From Terriglobia bacterium (lineage in GTDB: Bacteria; Acidobacteriota; Terriglobia; 20CM-2-55-15): a stretch of 64,000 nt of DNA. Under the pieces are notes generated by a model, which ran no database searches, had not been told where the DNA came from, and saw only the letters and a program-made list of their open reading frames with translations. Shown one piece after another: positions 1 through 10,019 of this stretch (positions within the stretch are counted from its first letter, which is position 1; every line of letters starts with the position of its first letter). The stretch is taken from NCBI GenBank assembly GCA_965218585.1, contig CBDCLE010000024.1, forward strand, positions 224,001 to 288,000. The letters run 5' to 3'. A program made the translations under genes and the position numbers.

Positions 1-357
1 ATCGACAAGCCGAATCGCATCTTCACGCCCGATGACGCGAGCCGCATAACCCGCGGTAACTTCGAACGGGATGCGTCGGACTCGCCCCTGTTCAAGGCCG
101 GCGACCGCGTCAGGACACGGAACATCAACCCGGAAACTCACACGCGTTTGCCGCGCTACGCGCGGGACAAGGTGGGAGAGGTCGAAGCCGTTCGCGGTTG
201 CCACGTCTATCCCGACTCGGTCGCCATGGGCGAGGGCGAAGATCCGCAATGGTTGTACACAGTGGTGTTTCCCGGTCAGGTGCTGTGGGGAGAGGATAGC
301 GATCCATCGGTGAAAGTCTCTATAGAGGCGTTCGAGCCCTACCTGGATTCGGCATGA
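1..357 (+). CDS. nthB: Nitrile hydratase beta subunit, C-terminal part (runs off window start)
   Basis: Frame 1 is open from base 1: ...FKAGDRVRTRNINPETHTRLPRYARDKVGEVEAVRGCHVYPDS...PQWLYTVVF...LWG...EPYL, the typical NHase beta C-terminal motifs. Confidence 0.93.
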   Translation: MDKPNRIFTPDDASRITRGNFERDASDSPLFKAGDRVRTRNINPETHTRLPRYARDKVGEVEAVRGCHVYPDSVAMGEGEDPQWLYTVVFPGQVLWGEDSDPSVKVSIEAFEPYLDSA

Positions 358-743
358 GCGAGATCAACACTGAGGCCGCGCGCCAGGCCATGGAAGCCGT
401 TCCTAGTATTCCGCGCGACCGAGACGGGCCCCTCTTCAGGGAACCGTGGGAAGCGCAGTCCTTCGCCATCACCCTGGGACTTTACGATCAGGGCCTGTTC
501 TCCTGGAAAGAGTGGACGGCGGCGCTTGTCGTGGAGATCAAACGCGCACAGGAAGCGGGCGATCCCGACACAGGCGAAACCTATTATCTGCATTGGCTCG
601 CCGCCCTGGAATGGATCGTTCGGGAAAAGGGCGTGGCAGACGATGCTACGCTTGGCCGGTATCGCGATGCGTGGCGTCGGGCCGCAGACCGAACGCCGCA
701 TGGTCAGCCAATCCTTCTTGATTCCAAGGATATCGAGGCCTAG
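354..743 (+). CDS. Nitrile hydratase accessory/activator protein (P14K-like)
   Basis: PLFREPWEAQSFAITLGL...FSWKEW...YYLHWLAALE...TPHGQPI; ATGA overlap with nthB. Confidence 0.9.
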   Translation: MSEINTEAARQAMEAVPSIPRDRDGPLFREPWEAQSFAITLGLYDQGLFSWKEWTAALVVEIKRAQEAGDPDTGETYYLHWLAALEWIVREKGVADDATLGRYRDAWRRAADRTPHGQPILLDSKDIEA

Positions 744-994
744 GAGTCTGCGCGGCAGAACGTTTTTACGCCATTAGGCCCACAGTATGTTGTGGGTATA
801 CAGCGCTTAGCGTCGATATGTAGTGCCACCTTTCTTCCGTCGCGCAGACTCCTAGGCACTCATATCTCAAGATTTGACCTTTTTCTTGCCTATAACTGCA
901 ATCTGTACTTAGATTTACTCAGATTGGGGGGGGACGGCGCTTCAGCAGAAGGTTTCAAGGGGAGCGGAGCGTTTCTGTGGGACGACCAAGGAGA

Positions 995-1999
995 ATGAAG
1001 ATGCGATTGGTGAGGGTTATCGGATTGGTGGATCTGTCCGTTTTCATCGTGCTGGCAATCGGGCTGACCACCCCGCTCTGGGCCCAGGGCCCTATCGACG
1101 AGGCGACCGGCGACCACTGCCGGGAGGAACGCGGTGAGGCCGCTTGTTCTTTCGCGGCAATTGATTTTTCGGGAGAGTGGATCGACAACTCGTTTGAGGA
1201 AGACGATCGAGGAGGACCGCTGACCGCAGGTCGGAGTCGATCGGACGGACTGCAACCCGACGCGATGCTCGGCAACTACCTCGGCATTCCGTACAACGAC
1301 GCCGGACGACAGAAGGGCGCCGCTTTCGACCTGGCCATTTATTCCCATCCGGCCTGGATGTTCAGACCGCATCCGGTCCAGTATTCCATGCGCGGAGTCA
1401 TCCGCAACTGGAGAATGAGCAAAGAAATCCATCCGCAGACAGGAAATCTGGTGGCATACAGAATCACGGGAGGGTACAACCTGGACCGGATCATCTGGAT
1501 GGACGGCCGTCGGCATCCACCCGACTATGTGGAACACACCTACGATGGCTTTTCGACGGGCCTGTTCGAACGCAACATGCTGGTCGTGACGACCACGCAC
1601 ATGAAGCATGGATACCTCAGGCGGAATGGCGCACCGGCGAGCGACCAGGCTACGATGACGGAGTACTTCATCCGCCACGGCGACCAACTGACGATCGTCC
1701 AGTTCACGGACGATCCGGTTTACCTGGAAGAACCTCACATCCGCACCGGAGATCATGTTCTGTCCCAGAACCGTCATGCTGGAAGTGTCGCTGCGCGTCG
1801 AAACGTTTGGAACACCGCCGAAGAGGTCGAGTGGGACGACGGCTACCTCCCGCATCATCCGCTCGGTACGAGCCACACACAGATTTCGGATTTCCTCGGC
1901 ATTCCTTTTTTGACGACTCAAGGGGGCAGCGAAACGCTCTATCCTGAATACCGGGAGAAGTTGAAGCAGTTGATGAGTGAATCCGAAGCCGCCCGATGA
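995..1999 (+). CDS. Secreted conserved hypothetical protein
   Basis: Signal peptide ending LWA-Q; DFSGEW, RIIWMDGRRHPP, GFSTG, HMKHGYLRRNG, DDPVYLEEP motifs of a common uncharacterised family; AAGGAG RBS before ATG 995. Confidence 0.75.
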   Translation: MKMRLVRVIGLVDLSVFIVLAIGLTTPLWAQGPIDEATGDHCREERGEAACSFAAIDFSGEWIDNSFEEDDRGGPLTAGRSRSDGLQPDAMLGNYLGIPYNDAGRQKGAAFDLAIYSHPAWMFRPHPVQYSMRGVIRNWRMSKEIHPQTGNLVAYRITGGYNLDRIIWMDGRRHPPDYVEHTYDGFSTGLFERNMLVVTTTHMKHGYLRRNGAPASDQATMTEYFIRHGDQLTIVQFTDDPVYLEEPHIRTGDHVLSQNRHAGSVAARRNVWNTAEEVEWDDGYLPHHPLGTSHTQISDFLGIPFLTTQGGSETLYPEYREKLKQLMSESEAAR

Positions 2000-2114
2000 A
2001 TCCCCTTGCCGGGAGTTGAAAACTGGGGGGACCCTTCCGAAGAACGGACGTCTCGATTGCTTCTGACCATTCTTGTCAAGTATTGTCTACCGAACCCTTT
2101 CACTGGAGGAACGC

Positions 2115-3041
2115 ATGTCGTCTGAACAAGAACCTGTCTGGGATGGTAATAAGGTCGAACTTCGGTCAGAGAAGCTGGATGATGGCGTTTTTGCCTATTA
2201 CCCGAGTGACGCGAAAGAGTTGGAGAGTCAGGGGCGACCCGTGGCCACCAGCGGAGGCTTCGTCGTCGGCGAAAAGGGCGTCCTGATCATCGACACGATG
2301 CTCAATAAGCGCCTGAACATGCAGGTACAGGCCCTGGTGTCAAAGGAGACGGACAAACCGATCGCTTTTGCCCTCAACACGAGCTTTCACGGGGACCACT
2401 CTTACGGGAACATGTACCTACCTGACGAAACGGTCATCATTCAGCACGCCAACACCAAAAAATACGTCGATGCCCACTTCGAAGAGGATACAGAATTCAT
2501 GATCCAGAATCTGGGTCAGGGCCGCGGTATCGAAGAGATTGTGCCGAAGACTGGCGACATTCTGGTTTCCGAAGGTGGGCGGCTCGAGGTGGATCTCGGT
2601 GGCCGGTCTGTGGAGATCATCGACTTCGGCTTCGCCCAAACGGGTGGAGACCTCTTTGTCTGGGAGTCTGCGGCCAAGGTGTTGTGGACAGGTAACCCTG
2701 TGATAACGATCAAGCCATCACTGCCCTGGCTTCTGGACGGCCATCTGGTTGAAACCCTGGATACGCTCGAACGAGTCTACGACTTTCTACCGAAAGACGC
2801 TCGCGTGGTTCCGGGCCATGGGTCAGTCATGGTACCCGAAGATATTCGTTGGCACATTGACTATCTCGAAACTGTCAAGAGACAAGTGCAGGAAGCTGTC
2901 GATGGCGGCCTGACGCTAGAGCAAACCGTCGATAAAGTGAAAATGCCCGAGTTCGAAGGTTATGCCTTGTTTGGCTGGGTTCATCCGGCCTTGAACGTGT
3001 CGGCAGCTTACAGAGACCTCAGTGGCCAGGCGGACAGCTGA
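2115..3041 (+). CDS. MBL-fold metallo-hydrolase (cyclase-like subgroup)
   Basis: LIIDT, SFHGDHSYGN, QTGGD, VPGHG motifs; GGAGG RBS. Confidence 0.85.
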   Translation: MSSEQEPVWDGNKVELRSEKLDDGVFAYYPSDAKELESQGRPVATSGGFVVGEKGVLIIDTMLNKRLNMQVQALVSKETDKPIAFALNTSFHGDHSYGNMYLPDETVIIQHANTKKYVDAHFEEDTEFMIQNLGQGRGIEEIVPKTGDILVSEGGRLEVDLGGRSVEIIDFGFAQTGGDLFVWESAAKVLWTGNPVITIKPSLPWLLDGHLVETLDTLERVYDFLPKDARVVPGHGSVMVPEDIRWHIDYLETVKRQVQEAVDGGLTLEQTVDKVKMPEFEGYALFGWVHPALNVSAAYRDLSGQADS

Positions 3042-3261
3042 AAGCCCGTCTCGGTTGTCGTACATGAAAAATGATTCTCGGGTTCCCGTAAATCCCCTGG
3101 TCGGAAGCTCGGAATCGAACCTACCACTTTCGATCAATCGGCAATACAGCCATTAGGTCGGCCCGACGTCCAGCGTCTCTAGATAACGATGGTGACCGAT
3201 TGCCAGCTTGCAAGATGTCAATCGCACGCTTCGATCCAAGTCAATGACACAAAGGAAAGAT

Positions 3262-3627
3262 ATGACTCCCAGACCAATCAACTTCACCCAGAAGCTCTCC
3301 AAATTTGCCGAGCACTGGTCGCCGCGCGTCGTCGCGGCAATGAACGACTATCAGTTCAAACTGGTCAAGCTAAAGGGTGAGTTCATATGGCATGATCACA
3401 AAGACACTGACGAAGTCTTTATCGTCCTGAAGGGCAAGATGGAGATCGGATTTCGCGATCGGTCTGTCGCTGTCGAAGCGGGAGAAATGTTTGTAGTGCC
3501 GAAGGGAGTGGAACACATCACCCGAGCCACGAGCGAATGCCACGCGCTCATCGTGGAGCCACAAGGTGTCGTAAACACAGGAGAAGCTGGGGGTGCCTTA
3601 ACCGCCGCGAACGACGTGTGGGTATAG
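3262..3627 (+). CDS. Cupin domain protein
   Basis: [35 protein letters not shown]...[12 protein letters not shown]. Confidence 0.9.
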   Translation: MTPRPINFTQKLSKFAEHWSPRVVAAMNDYQFKLVKLKGEFIWHDHKDTDEVFIVLKGKMEIGFRDRSVAVEAGEMFVVPKGVEHITRATSECHALIVEPQGVVNTGEAGGALTAANDVWV

Positions 3628-3834
3628 ATCCTGACCGACATATGAAACAGAAGAGCAGAGGTAGGCGATGAAAAGGGCTGTATTCACCACGAATAGCCGC
3701 GGTTGGCTTAGCAACTTTCGGGCTAAACCGCTGTTAAATCATCTGTCGCCGTCGACTAATTCCGGACCCACAGCCGTGAAAACAGTTTGTTTGTGCGATC
3801 CTACTTTCCCTCATTGACACCGGAGAGCAATAAG

Positions 3835-5280
3835 ATGGAACAGCAGAACTATATCGACGGCACCTGGGTCGGCGCAGCCGACGGGCAGACGTTCGAGCAG
3901 CGCAATCCGGCCGACCTCGAAAAGGTGACCGGGCTCTGGCCCAAGGGCACCCGCGATGACGCAAAAAAGGCGATCGAATCCGCGCACGCGGCTTTCCCCG
4001 AATGGTCCGGGATCGGGGTCTACAAGCGTGCGGAGTATCTGTCGCGGGCGGTCGCGGTGCTGAAGGGCAGGATTGAAGAGGTCGCGGCAACGCTGACCCA
4101 GGAAAACGGCAAGACCCTGGCCGAGTCGCGGGCCGAGGTGGGGTCGGCGGTGCGCGAGATGGAGTATCAGATCGCGCAGGGGGTGTCGATGTGCGGCGAG
4201 ACCGTGCCCTCGGCCGAGCCCGGGGTCTTCGCCTATAGTGTGCGGCGGCCGCTGGGGGTGGCGTCGATTATCAGCCCGTGGAATTTTCCGTTTAACGTGC
4301 CGGGCCGCAAGTGCACACCGGCGCTGATTAGTGGCAATACCATCGTCTTTAAGCCCGCGAGCCTGACGCCGGGTGCGGGCAAAGCCTTTGTCGATGTATT
4401 TGTCGAAGCTGGCTTGCCGCCGGGGGTCCTGAATTTCGTCTGTGGCGGGGGGAGTACGGTCGGGGACGAGATGATCGCGAATCCGCTGGTGGAGTCGGTG
4501 TCCTTTACGGGATCGACGGGCGTCGGCAGGGGCATCCAGCAGAGCGTGGCCCAGACGCTAATCCGCACCCAACTGGAAATGGGCGGCAAGAATCCGGTGG
4601 TGGTCTTAGAAGACGCCGACCTTGACAAGGCGGCGGATGCGGTGGCCACGGCGGCCTATGCCTGTGCCGGGCAGTGGTGCACGTCGACGAGCCGGGCGAT
4701 CGTGGTCGAGGAGGTGGCGGAGGTCTTTACCGAGAAGGTGTTGGAGCGGGTGCGGGCGATCCGGGTGGGGGAGGGTCGCGGGGATGTCGATATGGGGCCG
4801 GTGTGCGGCTCGGACCAGCTGGAGACGATTATGGGATATATCGAAATCGGGCAGGGTGAAGGGGCCGAACTGGTCGAGGGCGGACAGCGGCTGACCGACA
4901 ATGGCCTGGGCCAGGGGTGTTTTATCGCGCCGACGGTTTTCGCCGGAGTCAAACCGGAGATGCGGATCGCGCAGGAGGAGATCTTCGGACCGGTGTTGAG
5001 CGTGATGGCGGCGCGGGATTTTGGCGAGGCGCTCGAGATGGCCAACCATGTGGAATTTGGGCTGTCGTCGTCGATTTTTACCAAAGACATTTCGCGCGCG
5101 TTTCAGTTTCTGGACCAGACCGAGGTGGGATTGACGCACGTGAACATGATGACGGCCTATCGTGAGCCGCAGTTGTCCTTTGGCGGAGTGAAGTCATCGG
5201 GGCACGGGATCCCCGAGTCGGGCAAGACCGGGATCGAGTTTTTTACCGAGCACAAGGTGGCTTTTATCAAGTATCTCTGA
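3835..5280 (+). CDS. NAD(P)-dependent aldehyde dehydrogenase (KGSADH-like)
   Basis: ISPWNFP, FKPAS, FTGSTGVG, LEMGGKNP, GQWCTS (catalytic Cys), EEIFGPV, FGGVKSSG. Confidence 0.93.
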   Translation: MEQQNYIDGTWVGAADGQTFEQRNPADLEKVTGLWPKGTRDDAKKAIESAHAAFPEWSGIGVYKRAEYLSRAVAVLKGRIEEVAATLTQENGKTLAESRAEVGSAVREMEYQIAQGVSMCGETVPSAEPGVFAYSVRRPLGVASIISPWNFPFNVPGRKCTPALISGNTIVFKPASLTPGAGKAFVDVFVEAGLPPGVLNFVCGGGSTVGDEMIANPLVESVSFTGSTGVGRGIQQSVAQTLIRTQLEMGGKNPVVVLEDADLDKAADAVATAAYACAGQWCTSTSRAIVVEEVAEVFTEKVLERVRAIRVGEGRGDVDMGPVCGSDQLETIMGYIEIGQGEGAELVEGGQRLTDNGLGQGCFIAPTVFAGVKPEMRIAQEEIFGPVLSVMAARDFGEALEMANHVEFGLSSSIFTKDISRAFQFLDQTEVGLTHVNMMTAYREPQLSFGGVKSSGHGIPESGKTGIEFFTEHKVAFIKYL

Positions 5281-5468
5281 CGGTTGTTGCGGAAACGTTG
5301 GATGAACATTCCATCCGGATAGCAGATGGTTTCGACCGCCGAAGAGCGGCGATCCCGCTTTATTCTGTTGACTGTTCCATGCCACCGCAGTACATAGCAC
5401 CCAACGTTCTCAGACGATTCGAAACATTCACCACAAAGGGAGGCACAAAGCCTTTCGAGGGGGTTCTT

Positions 5469-5963
5469 ATGCGCAGTTTTGTTGCTGTCGGTCTGTTGGT
5501 GGTCATGTGGGCGTTCGTCCCTCGAGCCGGAGCTCAGTCTGGCACGCATCCGATAATCGGGAACTGGGTGCAATCCATGGTCGATGCGCCGCAGACAGCA
5601 GTGCACACTTATGCAGTACGTGAGGATGGGTTCATGGTCTGGAATCGCGCCACTGTCAGCGCTCAAGGGGTTGCTGGATTTATCCAGGTGGTTCTCAAGT
5701 CGGACGGTGCCGACTATCCCATCTACCAGAATGCCACCTTAGCTAATATGTCGGCGACTGGAACGCCCATCACTTTCACGGGTTCATTCACGCTCACCAA
5801 TGATGCTCTTGAGATGGTGACTAAGAACAGCGGAGAACCGGACGGAACAATCCGAACCTGGACAGTTTCCAGTGACGGCCAGACTTTGACGCAGATTGCC
5901 AGAAGCACAAACGACCAAGGCGAGACTACTGAGGCTGAAACCATCTACAAGAGGGCGCAGTAG
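5469..5963 (+). CDS. Secreted hypothetical protein (beta-barrel/lipocalin-like)
   Basis: Signal peptide ..RAGA-Q, IIGNW, C-terminal TVSSDGQTLT...IYKR. Confidence 0.65.
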   Translation: MRSFVAVGLLVVMWAFVPRAGAQSGTHPIIGNWVQSMVDAPQTAVHTYAVREDGFMVWNRATVSAQGVAGFIQVVLKSDGADYPIYQNATLANMSATGTPITFTGSFTLTNDALEMVTKNSGEPDGTIRTWTVSSDGQTLTQIARSTNDQGETTEAETIYKRAQ

Positions 5964-6050
5964 CGGGAGCCCAGCGAGGGGAAACAACCGAGCCGGTCGC
6001 CTCACGCTGGCCTTAATGATTGAAGGTTGCCTGCGAGATTGTTGAAGAGC

Positions 6051-6449
6051 CTAACCGACCTGATAGGTGCCGGCAGAGAAGTTCAGCTTCACGTTGACTG
6101 TGCCTTCGTTGACCAGCCATGGACGGACTGTAAACTTGCGCGCGCCGCCCGAGTGCATTGGATCGTTCTCAGCAACCTGACGTGCTCGGGCCAGGTTCCC
6201 TGCCCGTAGGACGATCATGCCATCGCCTTTCCAGGTTTCTTCATCGTCCTCCCAGTGCGGACCGGCACCAACGTAGACACCCGTCCGTTCCATTTCCTGC
6301 TGGTAGGCGAGATGTGCCTCGAGGTTGGCCATAACGGGTCCCATTCCGCCGGTCGGCGTCGTATGAATGACGTACAGCTGCAATTGCAGCATGTTCTGGG
6401 TGGCTTCAAGGATCTCGGCACGTGTGATCTGCGGCTCGTCAGCACTCAT
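6051..6449 (-). CDS. YciI family protein
   Basis: HLAYQ..GAGP..GMIVLRA..AENDPMH..VRPWLVNEG. Confidence 0.85.
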   Translation of the reverse strand: MSADEPQITRAEILEATQNMLQLQLYVIHTTPTGGMGPVMANLEAHLAYQQEMERTGVYVGAGPHWEDDEETWKGDGMIVLRAGNLARARQVAENDPMHSGGARKFTVRPWLVNEGTVNVKLNFSAGTYQVG

Positions 6450-6514
6450 GGGAGCGACTCCTTAACGAAATAATTTGGAAACGAGTAGTTTCGGACCTCG
6501 CCCAGATCCGCACG

Positions 6515-6561
6515 GTAGAATGCGGCGTGAACGTGGTAACGTTCACGCCGTGTGGACCTAC
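6515..6561. repeat. GTAG...CTAC-bounded palindrome (REP-like)
   Basis: Perfect 12-bp arms CGGCGTGAACGT (6523-6534) / ACGTTCACGCCG (6539-6550), flanked by GTAG (6515) and CTAC (6558). Confidence 0.55.
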
Positions 6562-6593
6562 AAGATTAGATTTCGCTCGATGATGCGATGTCT

Positions 6594-7208
6594 CTAGCCG
6601 GGTGCTCCCGCGTTGTGCGCGCCCACAAGCCACGCCGCGCCTTCGGCGTACAGCCGTTCGACTTCCGGACCTTTCAATCCCGGCATTCGCTCCTTCACCT
6701 TGTGGCCAACCTGCGTCTGCAGGTAGGCAAGGTGCTTGTAACCTTCGGGAAAGCGATTGAGCACCGCCGGGTCGAGCTTCAGACTGGCACCCGGTTCGAC
6801 CGGATCGATGCGGTCCTTCTCGTAGATGGCCTGACGCCGCACCAGTCCCCACTTCCCGGCTCTTTTCTCGAAGAAGTCGTAGAACCGGCCGGTACAGACG
6901 ACGTCACACAAGACATCATGCACAGGTGCGCGCTGACTGATGGTCATCTTAGTCTGTGCAATTGCGCGGTCGCCGGCGATATCCGAGGTGTGCGCGCCAT
7001 GAGAGTGAATGATGCTGACACCCTTCTCCCACCCCTCACGCCGGGCCTTCGTGAAATCCATTGCCGATGCCTGAAACCAGGTCGCCGTCATCCAGCCGTC
7101 CTCATGCCACAGTTGGGCGAAGCGTTGCCAGTCACCGCTGTCACTGTAGATGATCCACTTATCGACGATTTCACGAATCGCATCGGCGTCAGCTCTATTG
7201 TCCTGCAT
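6594..7208 (-). CDS. SnoaL-like / NTF2-family protein
   Basis: DSGDW..F..LWHEDGWMTATWFQ...AIAQTKMTISQRA..DVVCTGRFYDFFEKR..IYEKDRIDPV; GGAGGGAG RBS. Confidence 0.85.
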   Translation of the reverse strand: MQDNRADADAIREIVDKWIIYSDSGDWQRFAQLWHEDGWMTATWFQASAMDFTKARREGWEKGVSIIHSHGAHTSDIAGDRAIAQTKMTISQRAPVHDVLCDVVCTGRFYDFFEKRAGKWGLVRRQAIYEKDRIDPVEPGASLKLDPAVLNRFPEGYKHLAYLQTQVGHKVKERMPGLKGPEVERLYAEGAAWLVGAHNAGAPG

Positions 7209-7397
7209 CTGACTCCCTCCTCTGTGGCTGGTCTTGGGCGCTTCGTCAAATACGAAGCCTGGCAAGTATAGCTCGCCGAAACAACGAAACCCTGACAGCG
7301 GGCGCACTTCTAGTCGCCGAACAGATCAGACAGTACTCGAAAATGATCTTGTCGGAAATCGGGAGTTGAACCGAGTGTAGTTCGCGTGGGAAAGAAC

Positions 7398-8003
7398 CTA
7401 AAATTCCGACTGTTGCAGAGCGAGGTTTAGCTCCTCGGTGATGGCCAGGTCGTCGCGAATCTGATTCAGCAGATCCACATCGATGGATTCACCACCTGCA
7501 AGAACAATAATGTTGGGAACGAGGCGGCGGCTTACGTTCACCAACCGCTGTACTCTCCGTTCGAGGCTTTCTTCGGGAAGCGGAGCAACATTTATTTGAG
7601 GCGGATCGGTCCCGAAATTGACGATGTCCCGCAGTTGGTCAGTTGATTCGTCTATGTCTCTTGACCGCCGATCCAGTTCCGGCTGTGACCAATCTTCGGA
7701 AAGGGAAGCGAAATAGATTTCTTCTATCTGCAGGGCAAACTCTCGGGTCAGCCTCAAGAGGGATTCTAAACGCGACTGGAAAGCCCCATCGCGAAAGGCG
7801 GAACTCTGCTCGAGGGTTAAGGGTAGGGCGTCTTCCAGAGCTCGGAAGCCATTTCGCCTTTGCTCTTCCAGTTGACGCTCGGCGTTCTTTCTGATCTCGA
7901 ACTGCGTTCTCCGACCAGTTCTTGAGTCCTCTTGAGCATGGACAGGTATCGTGCTGATAGAGAACACAAACGCAAGGACGATGAATGTAACCGTGACTCT
8001 CAT
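7398..8003 (-). CDS. Secreted hypothetical helical protein
   Basis: 201-aa ORF with signal peptide (..VHA-Q). Confidence 0.65.
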   Translation of the reverse strand: MRVTVTFIVLAFVFSISTIPVHAQEDSRTGRRTQFEIRKNAERQLEEQRRNGFRALEDALPLTLEQSSAFRDGAFQSRLESLLRLTREFALQIEEIYFASLSEDWSQPELDRRSRDIDESTDQLRDIVNFGTDPPQINVAPLPEESLERRVQRLVNVSRRLVPNIIVLAGGESIDVDLLNQIRDDLAITEELNLALQQSEF

Positions 8004-8156
8004 TGCTCTAAAGACAACATAGACTTACCGACGTTGGATCGTAAAGAAGAATCGACTGGTGCCCGAAATTCGTGGTTTGACCCTTTCCTTGCCAATCCTT
8101 CCTCGTGTAGATAGACTTACCGGAATTTTGCCGTCCTTTTGGCGATGTACGAATAC

Positions 8157-8252
8157 ATGATATCAGGCATCAAACTCGGCCACTACAAGATCCTGTCTGC
8201 AACCGCCACAGGGTGCAGACAGAGAATCTACCCTTCGGAGTGGCCCCGATGA
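8157..8252 (+). pseudogene. 5' remnant of a Ser/Thr protein kinase gene
   Basis: MISGIKLGHYKILSA resembles the typical bacterial Hanks-kinase start (..LGHY.IL..LG.GGMG) and then loses similarity; stop overlaps the amidase ATG. Confidence 0.4.
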
Positions 8253-9967
8253 CTGACAACCGCCTCGCCGTGAATCGCCGTCGATTCCTCAGTTGCCTTT
8301 CGGCTGCCGGGCTCGGGGGCACCCTTCTTCCGGGCGCGCTCGACGCGGTTGCGCAGGACGCCGAGACCATCACGTTCCAGATGCTGGATGCCGCCCAGGC
8401 TATAGCCGGAATCTCGTTCACGCGTGATGAGCAGGAACGGATCCTCGACCGACTCAACGGAGGCAGGAGTCCAATCCCCGCCTTCACTTTGATGAAGGAC
8501 GCCGGGCTCGGGAACGACACACAGCCTGCCTTCGTCTTCAATCCCGTCCCACCGGGCAAGGTGCTGCCCACTCGGCGGAGGCCATTGCTGCGCCAACCCC
8601 TCGATGTAGTGATGCCCGCTTCAGACGAGGAATTGGCATTCCTTCCCCTCACGCACCTCTCTCGGCTTGTCGAGACCCGACAGGTCCGGTCGATAGAGCT
8701 CACCGAACTCTATCTGGCGCGATTGAGGGAGCACGACCCGAGACTTTTCTGCGTCGTCAACCTGACTGAGGACATTGCCCGGCGTCAGGCGAGGCAGGCC
8801 GACACCGAGATCGCGGCTGGAGATTACCGGGGCCCGCTGCACGGAATCCCGTGGGGATTGAAGGACCTGCTCGCTGTGCGCGGCACAAAGACGACCTGGG
8901 GGATGACGCCGTTTCGGGATCGGGTGATCGACGTGGACGCGACGGTCTACGAGAAGCTGACCGAAGCCGGTGCGGTTCTGGTGGCGAAGCTCGCCACCGG
9001 TGCGATAGCCGTCGGGCCTCGATGGTATGGAGGACTTACACGGAACCCCTGGAACACCGAACAGGACGCGGCTGGGTCCTCGGCCGGACCGGGGTCGGCG
9101 ACGGCCGCCGGACTCGTGGGCTTCTCCATAGGGACCGACACCGGCGGGTCGGTCATCGGCCCTTCGGCCCGCAATGGCCTTACCGGTATGCGGCCCACTT
9201 TCGGAAGGGTCAGTCGATATGGGGGCATGGTGCTGGCCTGGACCCAGGATACGGTGGGTCCAATGTGCCGATCGGCAGAAGACTGCGCGCTCGTTTTCGA
9301 CGCGATCCGCGGACCCGACGGGCGGGATAACACTGTTACAGACATGCCGTTTAACTGGGACGCCATGGCGGACCCGACCCGGCTTCGTGTCGGTTACCTG
9401 CGCAGCCAGTTCGAGGGTGAGGTCGAAGACACCGGTGACGCTGAGCGCACGGCGCTTGCGCGCCAGACCCGAAGCAACAACCTGGAGGCCTTGAACCTCA
9501 TCCGGTCCCTCGGGATCGAGGTCGTCCCCTTCGACTTGCCTGATGTGCCGGTCGAGACGATCGACTTCCTGCGGTACGTCGAGACGTCCGCGGCCTTCTA
9601 TGAAATTACGATGAACGGCCAGCTCGCCGAGACCGAGCGTGGACCCGAGCAGAGCGTTCGGCCCATCGAGATCCGCGCCGGCCACTTCACGCCGGGGGTC
9701 GAATACGTCCAGGGAAACCGAATGAGGATGCGCATCATGCAACAGGTCGACGAAGCGCTGGGCGACCTGGACCTCTACCTCGGTCTCGACCTCTCGCTCA
9801 CGAACCGCACCGGGCATCCCGCCCTCAGTGTGCCGAGCGGCTTCCATCGTGGCTCGCCGACAGCGCTCCAGATGACTGGAAAGCTGTTCGGTGAAGCCGA
9901 GCTCCTGCTGCTTGCCCATGCGTTCCAGGCAAACACCGATCATCACTCGCAGCACCCCGTGCTTTAG
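8249..9967 (+). CDS. Amidase signature family enzyme, Tat-exported
   Basis: NRRRFL Tat motif; GPLHGIPWGLKD, GSSAGPGSA, IGTDTGGSV (Lys/Ser/Ser triad). Confidence 0.92.
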   Translation: MTDNRLAVNRRRFLSCLSAAGLGGTLLPGALDAVAQDAETITFQMLDAAQAIAGISFTRDEQERILDRLNGGRSPIPAFTLMKDAGLGNDTQPAFVFNPVPPGKVLPTRRRPLLRQPLDVVMPASDEELAFLPLTHLSRLVETRQVRSIELTELYLARLREHDPRLFCVVNLTEDIARRQARQADTEIAAGDYRGPLHGIPWGLKDLLAVRGTKTTWGMTPFRDRVIDVDATVYEKLTEAGAVLVAKLATGAIAVGPRWYGGLTRNPWNTEQDAAGSSAGPGSATAAGLVGFSIGTDTGGSVIGPSARNGLTGMRPTFGRVSRYGGMVLAWTQDTVGPMCRSAEDCALVFDAIRGPDGRDNTVTDMPFNWDAMADPTRLRVGYLRSQFEGEVEDTGDAERTALARQTRSNNLEALNLIRSLGIEVVPFDLPDVPVETIDFLRYVETSAAFYEITMNGQLAETERGPEQSVRPIEIRAGHFTPGVEYVQGNRMRMRIMQQVDEALGDLDLYLGLDLSLTNRTGHPALSVPSGFHRGSPTALQMTGKLFGEAELLLLAHAFQANTDHHSQHPVL

Positions 9968-10019
9968 CGTTCCTTCTTTCTGGGCTAAAGACGATCGAAT
10001 TGCGGCAGAAGGATAGAGT

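Noticed and set aside
890-1921. Long antisense ORFs (also 18377-19609, 37522-38646, 59417-60427, 36016-36816)
   Set aside because: Shadows of well-supported genes on the other strand in GC-rich DNA; no motifs
3098-3170. Intact tRNA gene
   Set aside because: T-stem mispaired and no D or anticodon arms can be folded; kept only as a weak relic
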